A program made the translations under genes and the position numbers. A DNA stretch of 64,000 bases from a virus. Location: the IMG/VR virus record IMGVR_UViG_3300045988_117192, positions 1-64,000 of that record; one strand, written 5' to 3'. The notes under the pieces were generated by a model. It saw only the letters and a program-made list of their open reading frames with translations, was not told the DNA's origin and did not search any database. Shown piece by piece: positions 26,298-38,300 of this stretch; the first letter of the stretch is position 1, and each line of letters begins with the position of its first letter.

Positions 26298-29200
26298 ATG
26301 GCTAATATTGTTCCTAAATTAAATCTTAATAGAACACCTAGTATTATTACTAATAATAGTATTGTGTTTGCTAAAAATATCAGAATCGATATTGATGGTA
26401 GTATTCATAAAGATTATGGTATAGAATCTTTACAAAATATAAATATGTTTTTTCATGATAATCTTTTAACTAGAATTATATATGATTTTGAAAAGAAAAA
26501 CACAAGTATAGCTAAATATTATTTAGATATTTTAAAAGAAAGTAATACTACTGATTATTCTATTATAAAAGTAATTCCAGATAATAAATCTTTTTATGTA
26601 TTACTTAATATAAGTGTATATAATGAAGATAAATATATTATAGTAAAATTTGATGAAGAAGCTGATTCGTTTTATCCTTGTGATTGTAATTGGTCATATA
26701 GTGGAGGTGTTATAACTGGTTCTGTTATAAATAATCTTTTAGGTGAAACGATATTAATTATTGCTGAAAAAAATGATAATAAAGATATACCATTAAAATG
26801 TATAAATCTTTCTAAATCTTCACATAATGATAATGAAAGTATTTATACACAAACTCCTAAAATACCTATTACTAATCTTATTTATACAGGTGATTTTAAG
26901 TTTTCTATACCTAATGGTGTTTATCAATTTTTTATAAGATATAAAATTAGAGATAATTTTTATACTAATTGGTTTCCTGCTAGTAAAGAATTATTTGCTG
27001 GTAACAAACATACAACTGATACTATTTTTGGTACTTTCGGTTATCATGTTAATAATATAAATTCTGATAATAGTTTTATATTTACAATTCAGCATTTACT
27101 TTATGATAATATTGCTAATTTTGAAAATTTTCAAATAGGTTTTATTGTATCAAATGATGGTGCTATTAAAGGAAGAGCTTGGAAACATTTTTCTTTTAAT
27201 ACTAGGCAAATTAATTTTGATTATAAACCTTCAGAAGCTGAAGAAGTAGAAATTACTGATTTTACAAAACCTATATTTAATGTTTATAATGTAGGTAATG
27301 TTTGTTCTTTTAAAAATAAATTATATATTAGTAATTATAAAGAAACTGATTTTAATCAAAAATTACAAGATTATGCAGATAATGTAAAACTTAATATAAC
27401 TTATAAAGATCAAACTATTGATACTCCAGATAAGGGTATAGTTTATAATGATAAGATATGTATTTTAGATGATGACAACAATATTATAGGTTTAGATTTG
27501 AATTATGTAGGTTCTCAACAATTAAATGAATTAATAAAACCTACACTTAATAATGTTCTTCTTAATGCTATAAATGCAAAAGTTCCTTATGAAAAAAAAG
27601 AAAATTGTACTTATTATATAGGTGGAGGTTTAGGTTCTACAGATATTGGTATATATTTGAATATTAATAAAGAAACTTGTAAAATAAATAAACCTGATAT
27701 AATAACTTTACAAGATTATGTTGGTGATGATAATTACTATGATTTAAATAATAATACAGAAGATGATTTAATTGGATCTATTTATGATTTTGTTTATAAA
27801 TTTATAGCTTATTATAATTTAGGTTATATTGATACACATAATTATAACTTTTTTTCTGCTGGTACTGATAACACTAATGGTTATTTTAAAGAACCAAAAG
27901 AATATCTTGTACAACCTAAAACTGAAATAACAACAATAACTATCGGATTAGCTAGTAAAAGTAATTACAATACAGATGACCCAAATACTTATGATACAAT
28001 AACTATAGATATTAGTATTGATCCATCTTTAATAAGAAATGATACTATTCCTGTTATAAATAATACAACTTTAATACCTTATCAAGTATATAGATTTTAT
28101 ATACATTACATGAAAGATACTGGAGAAATAACTAATGGTTATTTTGTAGATGAAGTAAAAATAAATCAAACAACATATACTTGTGATAAAGTTATATATC
28201 CTGTTTTTAATAATATAACAATTCCTGAAGGATATAATGCTTGTTTTTTTACTATAGCTCATGTAAGAAATCAAACTAGTGTTATATATAATATAATAGA
28301 TAATAATAGTTTTATTGAAGGTACTTGTTTTGAATTAAATACTAGATTGTTTAATTTTAATTCAAATCCTAAAATATATCTTAAAAATAATACAGGTGAT
28401 AAAGATATAACTGTTGAAGGGGAATATTACAATAGTGCTGATACAGAACATTGTAGATATTTTGGAGCAGAAGGTCTTGTTGTATTTCGGAAAAGTAGTA
28501 TTGGAAATGATCCTATAAAAGACCATTTAACTGATAAAAAAATTTTTATAGTAAATAATTATAATAATGTTGATGAAACTAATTTAGAGTTAATTAAATG
28601 TACTCCTTATATTACAAGTAAAACATATACTAATTATAATAATTATAATTTATTAGGTTATATTTGTTCTATATATCCTTTAAATAGAGAAAAGACTACT
28701 ACTATATATACTGATGCTTCCAATATATACAAAAAAAGTAATAGTGTAGAATCTATAGATAAATTAAAACTTGTAGAATATAATAAATATAAAGAAACTA
28801 ATAGTGATTATAATACTAATTTTTTAGGTGATTTAAATATAGTTACAACAAAGCCTACTTTAATATATTCTAATTTTAATTTAAACTATATAGAACTTAG
28901 CGAAGATTTTAAATCTAAATATGCTACTTATTATAATAGAAGTGAAGCTGATACAAGTGGTAAGAATAATACAAATGAAACTAAAATTTTTAAATTAACT
29001 CCTAGTCAAACTTTAGCTACTGTTTATAAATTAAATTCTGTTTATTATAATTATACTAGAAAAACTTATAATATTTATAATAAAAATGATATTTATAAAT
29101 TTGATAATACAGTAAGAAGTAGTAAACTTGCAGGTGATGAAGATAGATTAAGTATTTTTGAATTTAATGCTGATGATTATTATAACATTCCTACAAATAG

Positions 29201-30374
29201 AGGTAAAATTTCAAATTTAATATCTATAGGTGATGTTATACTAGTTCATACAAGAGATAGTATGTTTAAATTTACAGGTAGTAATACGCTTCAATCTAAT
29301 ACTGGAGAAATTCAACAAACGGAAACTGATGTTTTTCAAACAGGTGTTAGTGAAGTTTTTGGTTCAGATTTTGGTTTTGCTGGACTTCAAAATAAAAATG
29401 CTGCTATTACTACAGAAGCTGGATATATATTTTATGATGCAGATTCTAAAATTATATATATGTATTCAGGTAATGGTCAAATAGTTAAACTTAGTGATAG
29501 TATAGAAAAACTTTTTAGATATAATATACTTAATGATGTAAGTTTCGCTAATGATTATTATAATAATAGATTTTTTACTTGTTTACATTTTAATACTGGT
29601 ACTATTACTCTTTCTTATAATTTTAATCAAGAAATTAAATCATTTATATCATTACATGATTTTAAATTTAATGAAGCTTTTAACACAAAAACTAAATGTT
29701 ATTTTATAAGTAATCAGTCAACTAATATTTGTAGAATAGATAAATTTACTTATGGTTTGTATAGACATTTGAGTATTAATGATAATATTTATCCTTATAA
29801 TAAAACTATTGTTACTGAACATTATTTAAGTAGTAATGGTATGGATAAATCTATTAATGCTGATTTATTCGATTCTATAATAGATATTATTGAAAATACA
29901 AACTATGAAAATGTTAAAACTCTCAATTATATTAATTGGAATTGTTCTATCATAAATGATGAATTTCCTATATATGCTGATAATTCTAATCATTTTAATG
30001 CTTTAGCATCATCTGATAAAAAATATCCTTGCAAAAGTATAACTATTTATACAGATACTTGTTCAACAGATGAATTAGATTGTAATAATATAAGTAATGA
30101 TAAAAGTATTCAAGATATAAATCAATCTCCTTATTATAAATATCCTAGATATAATCAAGGATTTTGGACTTTAAATTATTTTAGAAATATACTTAATGCA
30201 GATGATAAATTTAATTATTTAAATCAAAATTATGATAATAGATTAGAAGCTACTTATCGTTCAGATAATAATTCTCTTATAGAAGGTAAATATTTTGTTG
30301 CTAGATTTACTTTTGATTATAATAAAGATTTTAAATTTGAAACTATTAATTTTAATTACGATACTAAATTATGA
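26298..30374 (+). CDS. large tail/tail-fibre-like structural protein, putative (1358 aa; N/Y/T-rich)
   Basis: Very large ORF in the tail module. Its low-complexity Asn/Tyr-rich composition is typical of fibre or receptor-binding proteins. Confidence 0.5.
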   Translation: MANIVPKLNLNRTPSIITNNSIVFAKNIRIDIDGSIHKDYGIESLQNINMFFHDNLLTRIIYDFEKKNTSIAKYYLDILKESNTTDYSIIKVIPDNKSFYVLLNISVYNEDKYIIVKFDEEADSFYPCDCNWSYSGGVITGSVINNLLGETILIIAEKNDNKDIPLKCINLSKSSHNDNESIYTQTPKIPITNLIYTGDFKFSIPNGVYQFFIRYKIRDNFYTNWFPASKELFAGNKHTTDTIFGTFGYHVNNINSDNSFIFTIQHLLYDNIANFENFQIGFIVSNDGAIKGRAWKHFSFNTRQINFDYKPSEAEEVEITDFTKPIFNVYNVGNVCSFKNKLYISNYKETDFNQKLQDYADNVKLNITYKDQTIDTPDKGIVYNDKICILDDDNNIIGLDLNYVGSQQLNELIKPTLNNVLLNAINAKVPYEKKENCTYYIGGGLGSTDIGIYLNINKETCKINKPDIITLQDYVGDDNYYDLNNNTEDDLIGSIYDFVYKFIAYYNLGYIDTHNYNFFSAGTDNTNGYFKEPKEYLVQPKTEITTITIGLASKSNYNTDDPNTYDTITIDISIDPSLIRNDTIPVINNTTLIPYQVYRFYIHYMKDTGEITNGYFVDEVKINQTTYTCDKVIYPVFNNITIPEGYNACFFTIAHVRNQTSVIYNIIDNNSFIEGTCFELNTRLFNFNSNPKIYLKNNTGDKDITVEGEYYNSADTEHCRYFGAEGLVVFRKSSIGNDPIKDHLTDKKIFIVNNYNNVDETNLELIKCTPYITSKTYTNYNNYNLLGYICSIYPLNREKTTTIYTDASNIYKKSNSVESIDKLKLVEYNKYKETNSDYNTNFLGDLNIVTTKPTLIYSNFNLNYIELSEDFKSKYATYYNRSEADTSGKNNTNETKIFKLTPSQTLATVYKLNSVYYNYTRKTYNIYNKNDIYKFDNTVRSSKLAGDEDRLSIFEFNADDYYNIPTNRGKISNLISIGDVILVHTRDSMFKFTGSNTLQSNTGEIQQTETDVFQTGVSEVFGSDFGFAGLQNKNAAITTEAGYIFYDADSKIIYMYSGNGQIVKLSDSIEKLFRYNILNDVSFANDYYNNRFFTCLHFNTGTITLSYNFNQEIKSFISLHDFKFNEAFNTKTKCYFISNQSTNICRIDKFTYGLYRHLSINDNIYPYNKTIVTEHYLSSNGMDKSINADLFDSIIDIIENTNYENVKTLNYINWNCSIINDEFPIYADNSNHFNALASSDKKYPCKSITIYTDTCSTDELDCNNISNDKSIQDINQSPYYKYPRYNQGFWTLNYFRNILNADDKFNYLNQNYDNRLEATYRSDNNSLIEGKYFVARFTFDYNKDFKFETINFNYDTKL

Positions 30375-32212
30375 GATATAAATTAAAAAATGGAGGCAAA
30401 AGTCGTCCTAAAGCTTTATTTGGTGTAGATGGTGCGATTAATGCTGCTGCTACTTTAGCTGCTGCTGGTATGACAACTGCTGCTACTCTTAAAGCAGCAA
30501 ATCAGCAATCTAAAGCTGTTGAATCTTCTGCTAGAACACAAGCAGAAGCTATTAAAGCTCAAACTGCTAATAATACTGATCTTCAAAAAGAAAGTATTAA
30601 TTTTCAAAGACAAATAAATCAAGAAAATAGACAACAACAACAAGATATTCAAACTACTCTTCAACTTATGGCTGGTCAACAAAATATGAATGATAGGCTT
30701 AAAGCTACTCAAGAAGTTGCTAAATATGGTGGTAGACCTAAAAGAAAAAAGTTGTCTAAGATGACTTCTGATATACCTTCCTACGGGGGAGCTAGAATAC
30801 CTTTCCGTGTTACAGATGGTGGTGGAGTAATTCCAATTCAAATAAATGATGCAGGTTATGGTTTGTATGAACTTTATGGTAATGATCATGACCATTATCA
30901 CAAGACATCTGGAGGTAAATACAAATCAGGTGTTGGTATTAAATTTGCTGATGGTAGTACAATAGAAGGTGAAGGAAATCAAAATACTAAACAAGGTGAA
31001 TTACTTTATGTAACACCTTATGATAATATGTTTATATCTAAACATGATATTAAAGGTTTTAATCCTGCAGAAGCTGTTAATGAAGGTATGAATCCTCAAT
31101 ATGCTTTTGATATTCAACAACAACTTAAAGCTATTTATGGTATTAATGATGATGGTAGTAAGATTGATAAATCATCTTATAAACAAATGGCTAAATGTGG
31201 AGGACATTATAAACTTAAATGTGGTGGTCGTATTAAAAGAGTTAATGGAGGTTTTTGGCAAAATCATGCAGGAGCTACTTATAATGCTGTTGGTAATTTA
31301 CTTGGTGCAGGTATTACAGCTATAGGTAATGGTATTGCTGGTCGTAAACTTTCTAATGCTTATAATAATGCTGGTAATATATTAGCTGATGCTTATTCTC
31401 AAATGCATGGAATAGATTTATCTGAAATAAGTAAAAGTGACTATACTCCAGCTCATGTTATGGCAATTGTTAGTAATGCAGATACTAATATAAATCCTCA
31501 ATTAGAACGTATTCGTAGAGATGCTGCTGCTCAAACTAAGCAAGTAAATAATTCAACTATGAGTTCTGCTGCTAGACAACAACGTCTTGCTGGAATTAAT
31601 GATAGAAGTTTACAACGTGCTACTGAGCAATATGCTTATAAACAAAATGAAGATCAAAAAATTCAACAAGCTAATGCTGAACGTATTCAACAAGCTAGTG
31701 CAACAAATGCTCAACTTGATTCTCAAGCAAATCAAGAATATGCTAAATCTAGACTTGCTTTAATGCAATACAATAATGATATTGAAAATAGTAAGATTGC
31801 TGGAGCTGCACAAGCTAGAGCTGATGCTATGACACAAAGTAGTACAGCTAGTGCTACAGCTTGGCAAAATTCTATGAATGCTATAGGTTCTGCAATAGCT
31901 AATACAGGACAAGGTTTTGCTTCATCTTATGAAGCTATTCGTAAATCAAATGATGATTTTGCTAATACTTATGCTGGATTGGGTAATGAACAACAAGTTA
32001 AAGCTGCATTACTTCGTTATGAAAGAACTGGAGATGATAGTTATATTAATAGTTTGTTAAATAGTAATATGATTAGTGATTCAGAAAGAGTTGCTTTAAA
32101 TAGAGCTAAAGCTAATAAAATTAGAATAAAAAGAAATAAATTAAGAGCTACTCCAGGTAATATTTTACCAGATTATACAAATAATAGTAGTAATCCTAAT
32201 TATTATGCTTAA
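30371..32212 (+). CDS. tail structural protein, putative (613 aa)
   Basis: ORF overlapping upstream by 4 nt (ATGA). Contains an in-frame forward motif copy (PSYGGAR) and Q-rich helical segments. Confidence 0.5.
   Translation: MRYKLKNGGKSRPKALFGVDGAINAAATLAAAGMTTAATLKAANQQSKAVESSARTQAEAIKAQTANNTDLQKESINFQRQINQENRQQQQDIQTTLQLMAGQQNMNDRLKATQEVAKYGGRPKRKKLSKMTSDIPSYGGARIPFRVTDGGGVIPIQINDAGYGLYELYGNDHDHYHKTSGGKYKSGVGIKFADGSTIEGEGNQNTKQGELLYVTPYDNMFISKHDIKGFNPAEAVNEGMNPQYAFDIQQQLKAIYGINDDGSKIDKSSYKQMAKCGGHYKLKCGGRIKRVNGGFWQNHAGATYNAVGNLLGAGITAIGNGIAGRKLSNAYNNAGNILADAYSQMHGIDLSEISKSDYTPAHVMAIVSNADTNINPQLERIRRDAAAQTKQVNNSTMSSAARQQRLAGINDRSLQRATEQYAYKQNEDQKIQQANAERIQQASATNAQLDSQANQEYAKSRLALMQYNNDIENSKIAGAAQARADAMTQSSTASATAWQNSMNAIGSAIANTGQGFASSYEAIRKSNDDFANTYAGLGNEQQVKAALLRYERTGDDSYINSLLNSNMISDSERVALNRAKANKIRIKRNKLRATPGNILPDYTNNSSNPNYYA
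30776..30795 (+). repeat. dispersed motif copy 7 (forward variant CCTTCCTACGGGGGAGCTAG, with a 1-nt insertion)
   Basis: Direct read. In-frame in gene 30371..32212 (PSYGGAR). Confidence 0.85.
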
Positions 32213-32233
32213 TATTATAAATATAATACAATT

Positions 32234-33550
32234 ATGCCAACTATACCTACAATGAGTTTAAAAACAGCACCTATACAATTTGCTGAATTTAAACCTGTAC
32301 AATATACTCCTCAAATTGCTGATAGTACTCTTTTAGCTAAATCTTTATCAATGCAAGAAGCTAGAGCTAAAGAAGCTAGAACTACTTTAGGTAATACTGA
32401 TACTTTATTAAATGGTATTAGAAATGCTATTAATCCTGAAGAATATACTTGGTTTGAAAATCAAGCTAATGATATTAGAAAAAAAATAGATGATCAAATA
32501 GCTTTAGGTAATACAGAAACTGCTATTAGATTTGCTCAAGAAGCTGGAAGAGATTTAGCTAGAAGTATTGATATGAATAATAAAGTAAAAGCTAATGCTA
32601 TATATCAACAAGAACTTAATAAAATTAAAAGTGGTGCTTATAGTGAATTAACTAAACGTAGATGGGAAGATACTAACACTTATTATGATAATGGTACTGG
32701 TAATTGGAAAGCTGAAAACTTTATTCCTGTTAAAGATATTTCTGTATCAGATGTTTGGGCTAATGCTGTAGCTAAAACACCTACTAGAAGTAAATCTTCA
32801 GGTGGTAATAGAAGCAATACTAAAGAAACTACAGTAGATAATGCTGGTAGACCAATTAAGGCTTTTACTAAAGAAACTGTAAATGGTAAATCTGATACTA
32901 TTATTAATAATAACGTATTAGGTGTTGCTAAAACAATTACTACTAGTAGTAATTGGTCATCTGGTTATAATAGTAAAAGTAAAGAAGATATTATGAATAT
33001 CTTTAATGATTTAATGAGTGACCCAAATATATATGCTGGAGTTAAACAACAATATGATAATTTAGTATGGCTTTATGATAAAAGTACAAGTATTATTAAT
33101 AATCCTAATAGTACACCTGAACAAATAAAGCAAGCTAAAACTGATTTAGATACAGCACAAGCTTCATTAGAAGATAAAGATGGCTTTCTTCATAAAGATG
33201 ATAATTATTTTAAAACTTGGGTTCAAAAACAAGCTAATAGATATGCTGAACATAGTAAGTTTTATAATACTTCAAGTAGTAAAGGTAGTAGTTATGGAGA
33301 ACATTACGGTGATGTGTTTACTAATATAAATAATAATAGAGCTGAAAATTATGTAACTGACTTATCTCCTGCTGCTGATGGTATTGTACCAGGTCCTAAT
33401 CGTTCTTTTACTGTAGGTACAGTTTTTCCTAGTAATCAATCTAGCAATCAATCTAATAATTCAGGTAATTTTAATTATAATATTGTAAGTACAGATGCTA
33501 ATGATTATACTAGTCTTTATGAACAAAATGATAACACAAACTCTAATTAA
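32234..33550 (+). CDS. tail structural protein, putative (438 aa)
   Basis: ORF. Confidence 0.5.
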   Translation: MPTIPTMSLKTAPIQFAEFKPVQYTPQIADSTLLAKSLSMQEARAKEARTTLGNTDTLLNGIRNAINPEEYTWFENQANDIRKKIDDQIALGNTETAIRFAQEAGRDLARSIDMNNKVKANAIYQQELNKIKSGAYSELTKRRWEDTNTYYDNGTGNWKAENFIPVKDISVSDVWANAVAKTPTRSKSSGGNRSNTKETTVDNAGRPIKAFTKETVNGKSDTIINNNVLGVAKTITTSSNWSSGYNSKSKEDIMNIFNDLMSDPNIYAGVKQQYDNLVWLYDKSTSIINNPNSTPEQIKQAKTDLDTAQASLEDKDGFLHKDDNYFKTWVQKQANRYAEHSKFYNTSSSKGSSYGEHYGDVFTNINNNRAENYVTDLSPAADGIVPGPNRSFTVGTVFPSNQSSNQSNNSGNFNYNIVSTDANDYTSLYEQNDNTNSN

Positions 33551-33572
33551 ATAATTAATTTAAAATAAACAT

Positions 33573-35363
33573 ATGGCTATATTTAATCCTCAAGAATTAC
33601 AAGTATATTTTGATACTAGAAATTATGCAGGTGCTGCTGAGTATCTACGTAAAACTCAAGCTAAAGATTATGCTTCTCAATTAACTCTTAATAGTAGAAT
33701 ACATGATCTTGAAAAATTAGCTGCTAAACAAAAATCTATATATGCTGATTTAAATAGTGACCAACAACAAGCTTATGATTTTATGTCAGCTATGCTTGGT
33801 GATGAAGGGAGTGTACCTAGAACTAGAGTTTATAAAGAAAATGGTCAAGAAAGACAACAAGTAAATATTTATGGTACTGAATATTTAAATAAAATTAATA
33901 ATTTAAAAAGTAATGATGGTAATAATATACATCGTATAGCTATCGATATAGAAAATGATGATGATTTACAAGCTTTAAGTAAAAGTTTAGGATACGGAAA
34001 TATTTATGATAATACTTTAGGTATATCTGTAGTAAATTTAGGTAAAAATAAAGGTAATAGATTGATTATAGATAGTTCTAATAAAAATCTTTATAAATTA
34101 TTATCTGCTACAAATAAACTTAGTGATAAAAGTGGTTGGGATATATTTAATAATATAGGTAATGAAGCTACTAAATGGGGTTTAGGTACTGGAGCTATAG
34201 GTGCTACAATTGGTTCTGTAGCTCCAGGTGTTGGTACTACAGTAGGTGGTGCTATTGGTGGTTTAGGAGGTATGCTTGTTGGTACTGTTAAAGGTGGTAT
34301 AGATGAAATATCTAATGCTATTTATAGAAGTAATAAATACAAAATTAGAGGAATAGATATTGATGGTAAAGTTTATAATGATGGAGATTTTAATTATGGA
34401 GATTTACAAGACGCTATTGAAATAGGAGATAAAGCTAATGATATAATGGAAGATGTTAAAGCTACTAAAACTAGACAACAAACTTTTGTAGCTGAAAGCG
34501 TTGTAAGTAATTTTTTAGGAGCTGGTCACGCTGAAGCTTATAAGCTTTATCAACAACATAAAATAGATTTTGATACATATAATAAAATAGAAGCTAATTG
34601 GAAAAAAGCTTATGATACTCTTATAAATCAAGCTGATTTTACTAAAAAAGAAGTTTATGCTTGGTCTGCTGATTCAGGAGAAGGTGTAAATCTTAAACTT
34701 GTAAACAATCCAGATATTCCTAATCTTAAAGGTGAAATTATGGCAGCTATGCATGATAATAGAGTTACATATTCTCTTTGTGTATCTGATGGAGAACTTG
34801 GTACTCTTATCACTATAGCACCTAAAGCTCAAAGTGGTGATGATAAAACTGATTGGTCTAAGAAAAAAGGTGAAATTCAAAAACAAATTTGGGTTAAAGG
34901 TTTATTTGAAGGTAGTGCTGAAAGAGCATTCGAATCTGATAGTAAAACTAAAGCAGCAAGAGATAATGCTGATATGAAAAAATTTAATTATGAATTATCT
35001 CTTGCTAATGGTAAAACAGTAGGATATAAACCTGGAACTGGAGCTTATTCTAAAACTACAGATAAAAATGGTAACACTGTTTATACTAATATAAGTGAAG
35101 AAGAAATGATTCACAATCTTAATGAAAACAATATTATAGAAGAAGGAGCATTAACTGCTTTAAATAGTTTAAATAATGATTCTAATAATTATAATACTAG
35201 CAATATAATGAACAGAATTAATACTTTAGCTATTTCAGCTACTAATGAACTTTATCCTCAAGGTAGTGCTACTGATACTGAAAGAGAATATTATGCTAAT
35301 GAAATTGCTAGAACTATGGCAAATCTTGTAGCTAGATATTATAAACTACAAAATCAAGAATAA
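33573..35363 (+). CDS. tail structural protein, putative (596 aa)
   Basis: ORF with Gly-rich internal segments (GTGAIGATIGSVAPGVGTTVGGAIGGLGGMLVGTVKGG). Confidence 0.5.
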   Translation: MAIFNPQELQVYFDTRNYAGAAEYLRKTQAKDYASQLTLNSRIHDLEKLAAKQKSIYADLNSDQQQAYDFMSAMLGDEGSVPRTRVYKENGQERQQVNIYGTEYLNKINNLKSNDGNNIHRIAIDIENDDDLQALSKSLGYGNIYDNTLGISVVNLGKNKGNRLIIDSSNKNLYKLLSATNKLSDKSGWDIFNNIGNEATKWGLGTGAIGATIGSVAPGVGTTVGGAIGGLGGMLVGTVKGGIDEISNAIYRSNKYKIRGIDIDGKVYNDGDFNYGDLQDAIEIGDKANDIMEDVKATKTRQQTFVAESVVSNFLGAGHAEAYKLYQQHKIDFDTYNKIEANWKKAYDTLINQADFTKKEVYAWSADSGEGVNLKLVNNPDIPNLKGEIMAAMHDNRVTYSLCVSDGELGTLITIAPKAQSGDDKTDWSKKKGEIQKQIWVKGLFEGSAERAFESDSKTKAARDNADMKKFNYELSLANGKTVGYKPGTGAYSKTTDKNGNTVYTNISEEEMIHNLNENNIIEEGALTALNSLNNDSNNYNTSNIMNRINTLAISATNELYPQGSATDTEREYYANEIARTMANLVARYYKLQNQE

Positions 35364-35364
35364 T

Positions 35365-38300
35365 ATGGATGTACAAAGTGTTTTTAACGCAGGTGGTACT
35401 GTTATAAAAAATCCAAGTTATACTAAAAAAAATGGTCAACCTGAATATATAACTGTAGCTGATTTAAATAATCCTGTAATACCTGAAGGTAGTAAAACAG
35501 CTGATATAATGTATCAAGCTGCTGCACAAGGTAATCAAGATATTTTAGGTCGTAATGGAGAATTAGATAAATATATTGAAAGAGGTATTACACCTACTGA
35601 TAAAAATATACCAACATTGGATAAAATGTTAGCTGATAGTCAAAGTGCTATAGCTAAATGGTTTAATGGTTTAAGTCAAGCTGTTGTCAGTGAAGTAGGT
35701 TTAGGTACTTTAAAAGGTTTTACTGATCTATTTGATTTTGTTACTAGTAAAATATTACATTTAACAGAAGATGATTATCAAAATTCTGCTAGTACTGCTA
35801 TACAAGAATGGCAAGATTATTTTGATAATAATATAGCTCCTATATATAGAGATGAAAGTCTTAATATACAAAATGGAGGTTTCAAAGATGCAGGTTGGTG
35901 GGCTAGTAATCTTCCTAGTGTAGCTAGTACTTTAACTTTATTATTTCCAGCTAAAGGTATTAGTAGTGTAGGTAAATGGATAGGTAAAACTACTAATTTA
36001 GGTAAAGCTGCAAGTAAAGCTAGACGATGGGCTACAGGAGTTAATGAAATTCAAGATGCTAATAGACTTAATAAATTACAAATAGCATTAAATAATCCTT
36101 TAAATATAACTAAAGCTAATAAAGCAGCTGAAAGTATAACTGAAGGTTTGCTTATGCGTACTATGGAAAATTATCAAGAAGCTAGAGATACAAATATTCA
36201 AATGTATCAAGAAGCTTCAGATAAACTTAATAGTATGTCAGATAATGATTATAAAGCTTGGATTGAAAAAAATAAAAATATTTTTGATAAAGACCTTGAT
36301 GTAAATAATAGAGATAAAGTTGCTAAAGCCATTGCTAAAAAAGCTGCTGATAGAACTTTTAGTATGGACTTTAGTAATGTGATTTTTGATATTATGCAAT
36401 TACATGGTCTTAAAAATATAGGAAAAGGTGTAAAAGACGCATCAGGTAGAATTGTAAATGAAGCACAAAAAACTAGTTTAACTGCTGCTAAAGCATTTGC
36501 AAAAGGTGGTACAGAAAGTGCTAAAAAAGCAGTTGAAGAAGCTGCTAAAAAACCTTTATATAAACGATTTGGTCAAGGTATTTTAGACTATGGTAAATAT
36601 AATGCTAAGACTATATTAGAAGAAGCTACAGAAGGTATAGAAGAAGCTGTAAACTATATAGCACAACAAGAAGGTCTTACTTATGGTAAAGCTATTCTTG
36701 AAGGTAATGCCAAAGATTATAGAGCTACAACAGGTATAAATAGTTATTTAACTTTAGGTATTCCTAATATAATATCTACTTGGAGTAATAGACAAGGAGA
36801 AATACATGAATATATGAAAACACCAGAACTTCAAGAAAGTGCTTTTTGGGGTGTTTTAGGTGGTGTTGTATTTCATAATGTAGGTAGTGCTTTAAATAAA
36901 GGTAAATTAGCTCTTTATAGAAAAGCTCAAGAAAAAGCTCGTGCTACTAATAGTACAACTGGTGAAAGTATTAGTGATGCTAATGGTTGGTTTAATCTTC
37001 TCGAACTTCCTGAAGATAAAGCTGCTCGTGTTGCTATAGAAAAACGTATAGCTAGACTTGAACAAGTATCTAGTGATTTGAAAAATATTGAAAATGATAT
37101 TGATATTTTTGGACAAAAAGCTGAAGATGGTACATTACCTAAATTTGATGGTGATGTAGAAACTAAAAAAGCATTGGCTCGTAGACGTATTGAAGCTGAA
37201 TTTAAAGCTAATATAGCTATGGATGCCATGAATAGTGGTACTTATAAACAATTAATTGATTATTTTAAATCTGATGAAGTTAAACAAGCAATGGTTTCTG
37301 CTGGTTTAGCTAAACAAGAAAATATAGATAGTTATACAGAAGAAACTGTAAAAGATTTAGAAGATATAAAAAATCTATATGCTAGACAATCTACTCATGT
37401 TCTTAATCAAATAGCAGCTTTAAATGCTTCTAAAAAATATGATCAAACTATTCCTCTAGAATATGCTCAAATTATAGCTAAACGTAATGTAGATAGACTT
37501 TTAAATATTAAACAACTTGATAGACAAATTGCTGATGTTGAAAGTCTTGCAGCAGAACAAGAAGCTATAACTAGAGAAACTAATCCAGATGTATTATTTG
37601 ATGAGGCTAAAAATACTACAAAATTAGCTTCTTTAATTGATATGTATGGTAGACTTACTTATGAAGGTAAAGAAATAGATAAGGCTATAGAAGAACAAGG
37701 AGCTAATTATAAATTAGATAGACAAAAAGAAAAAAATAATAGACAAAAAGAATTTATAATTAATGGAATAAAACAAACAACTTTAGCTGGTAATGATGCT
37801 GGATTATCTGCTGTATTTGCGGCTGTAAAATACGGTAGAAGTTATCGTAAAGCAGATGATGGTACTTATTATCAAGATAAAAAAGCTTTTGAAGAAACAG
37901 ATGAACAAATATTAAAGGAGGCTAAATCTATATATGATGATGATAGTTCAAATTTAAGTGATGATACTATTATACAATCTGCAAAATCTATGTTAAGTAA
38001 TGTAGATAACATTCTTGGTAAAAAAGGTTTAGCGAATGTTAATAGTACATTACTTTCACATTATGTAACTATAGGTCAACTTAAACTTCAACAAGATATT
38101 GAACGTTCTCAAATATCTAGTACTCAAACTCAAATACAGGATGATGTAGATTGGGAACATAATAATCTTAATGAAGCTCGTGCTAAAATGATTGATTTAG
38201 CTACATCTACTGTTATTAAAGCACTCAAACAATATGATGGAATCTTAACTGATAATTATGACAATCTTATAGATACTGTTTATAAGATGTATTCACAAGA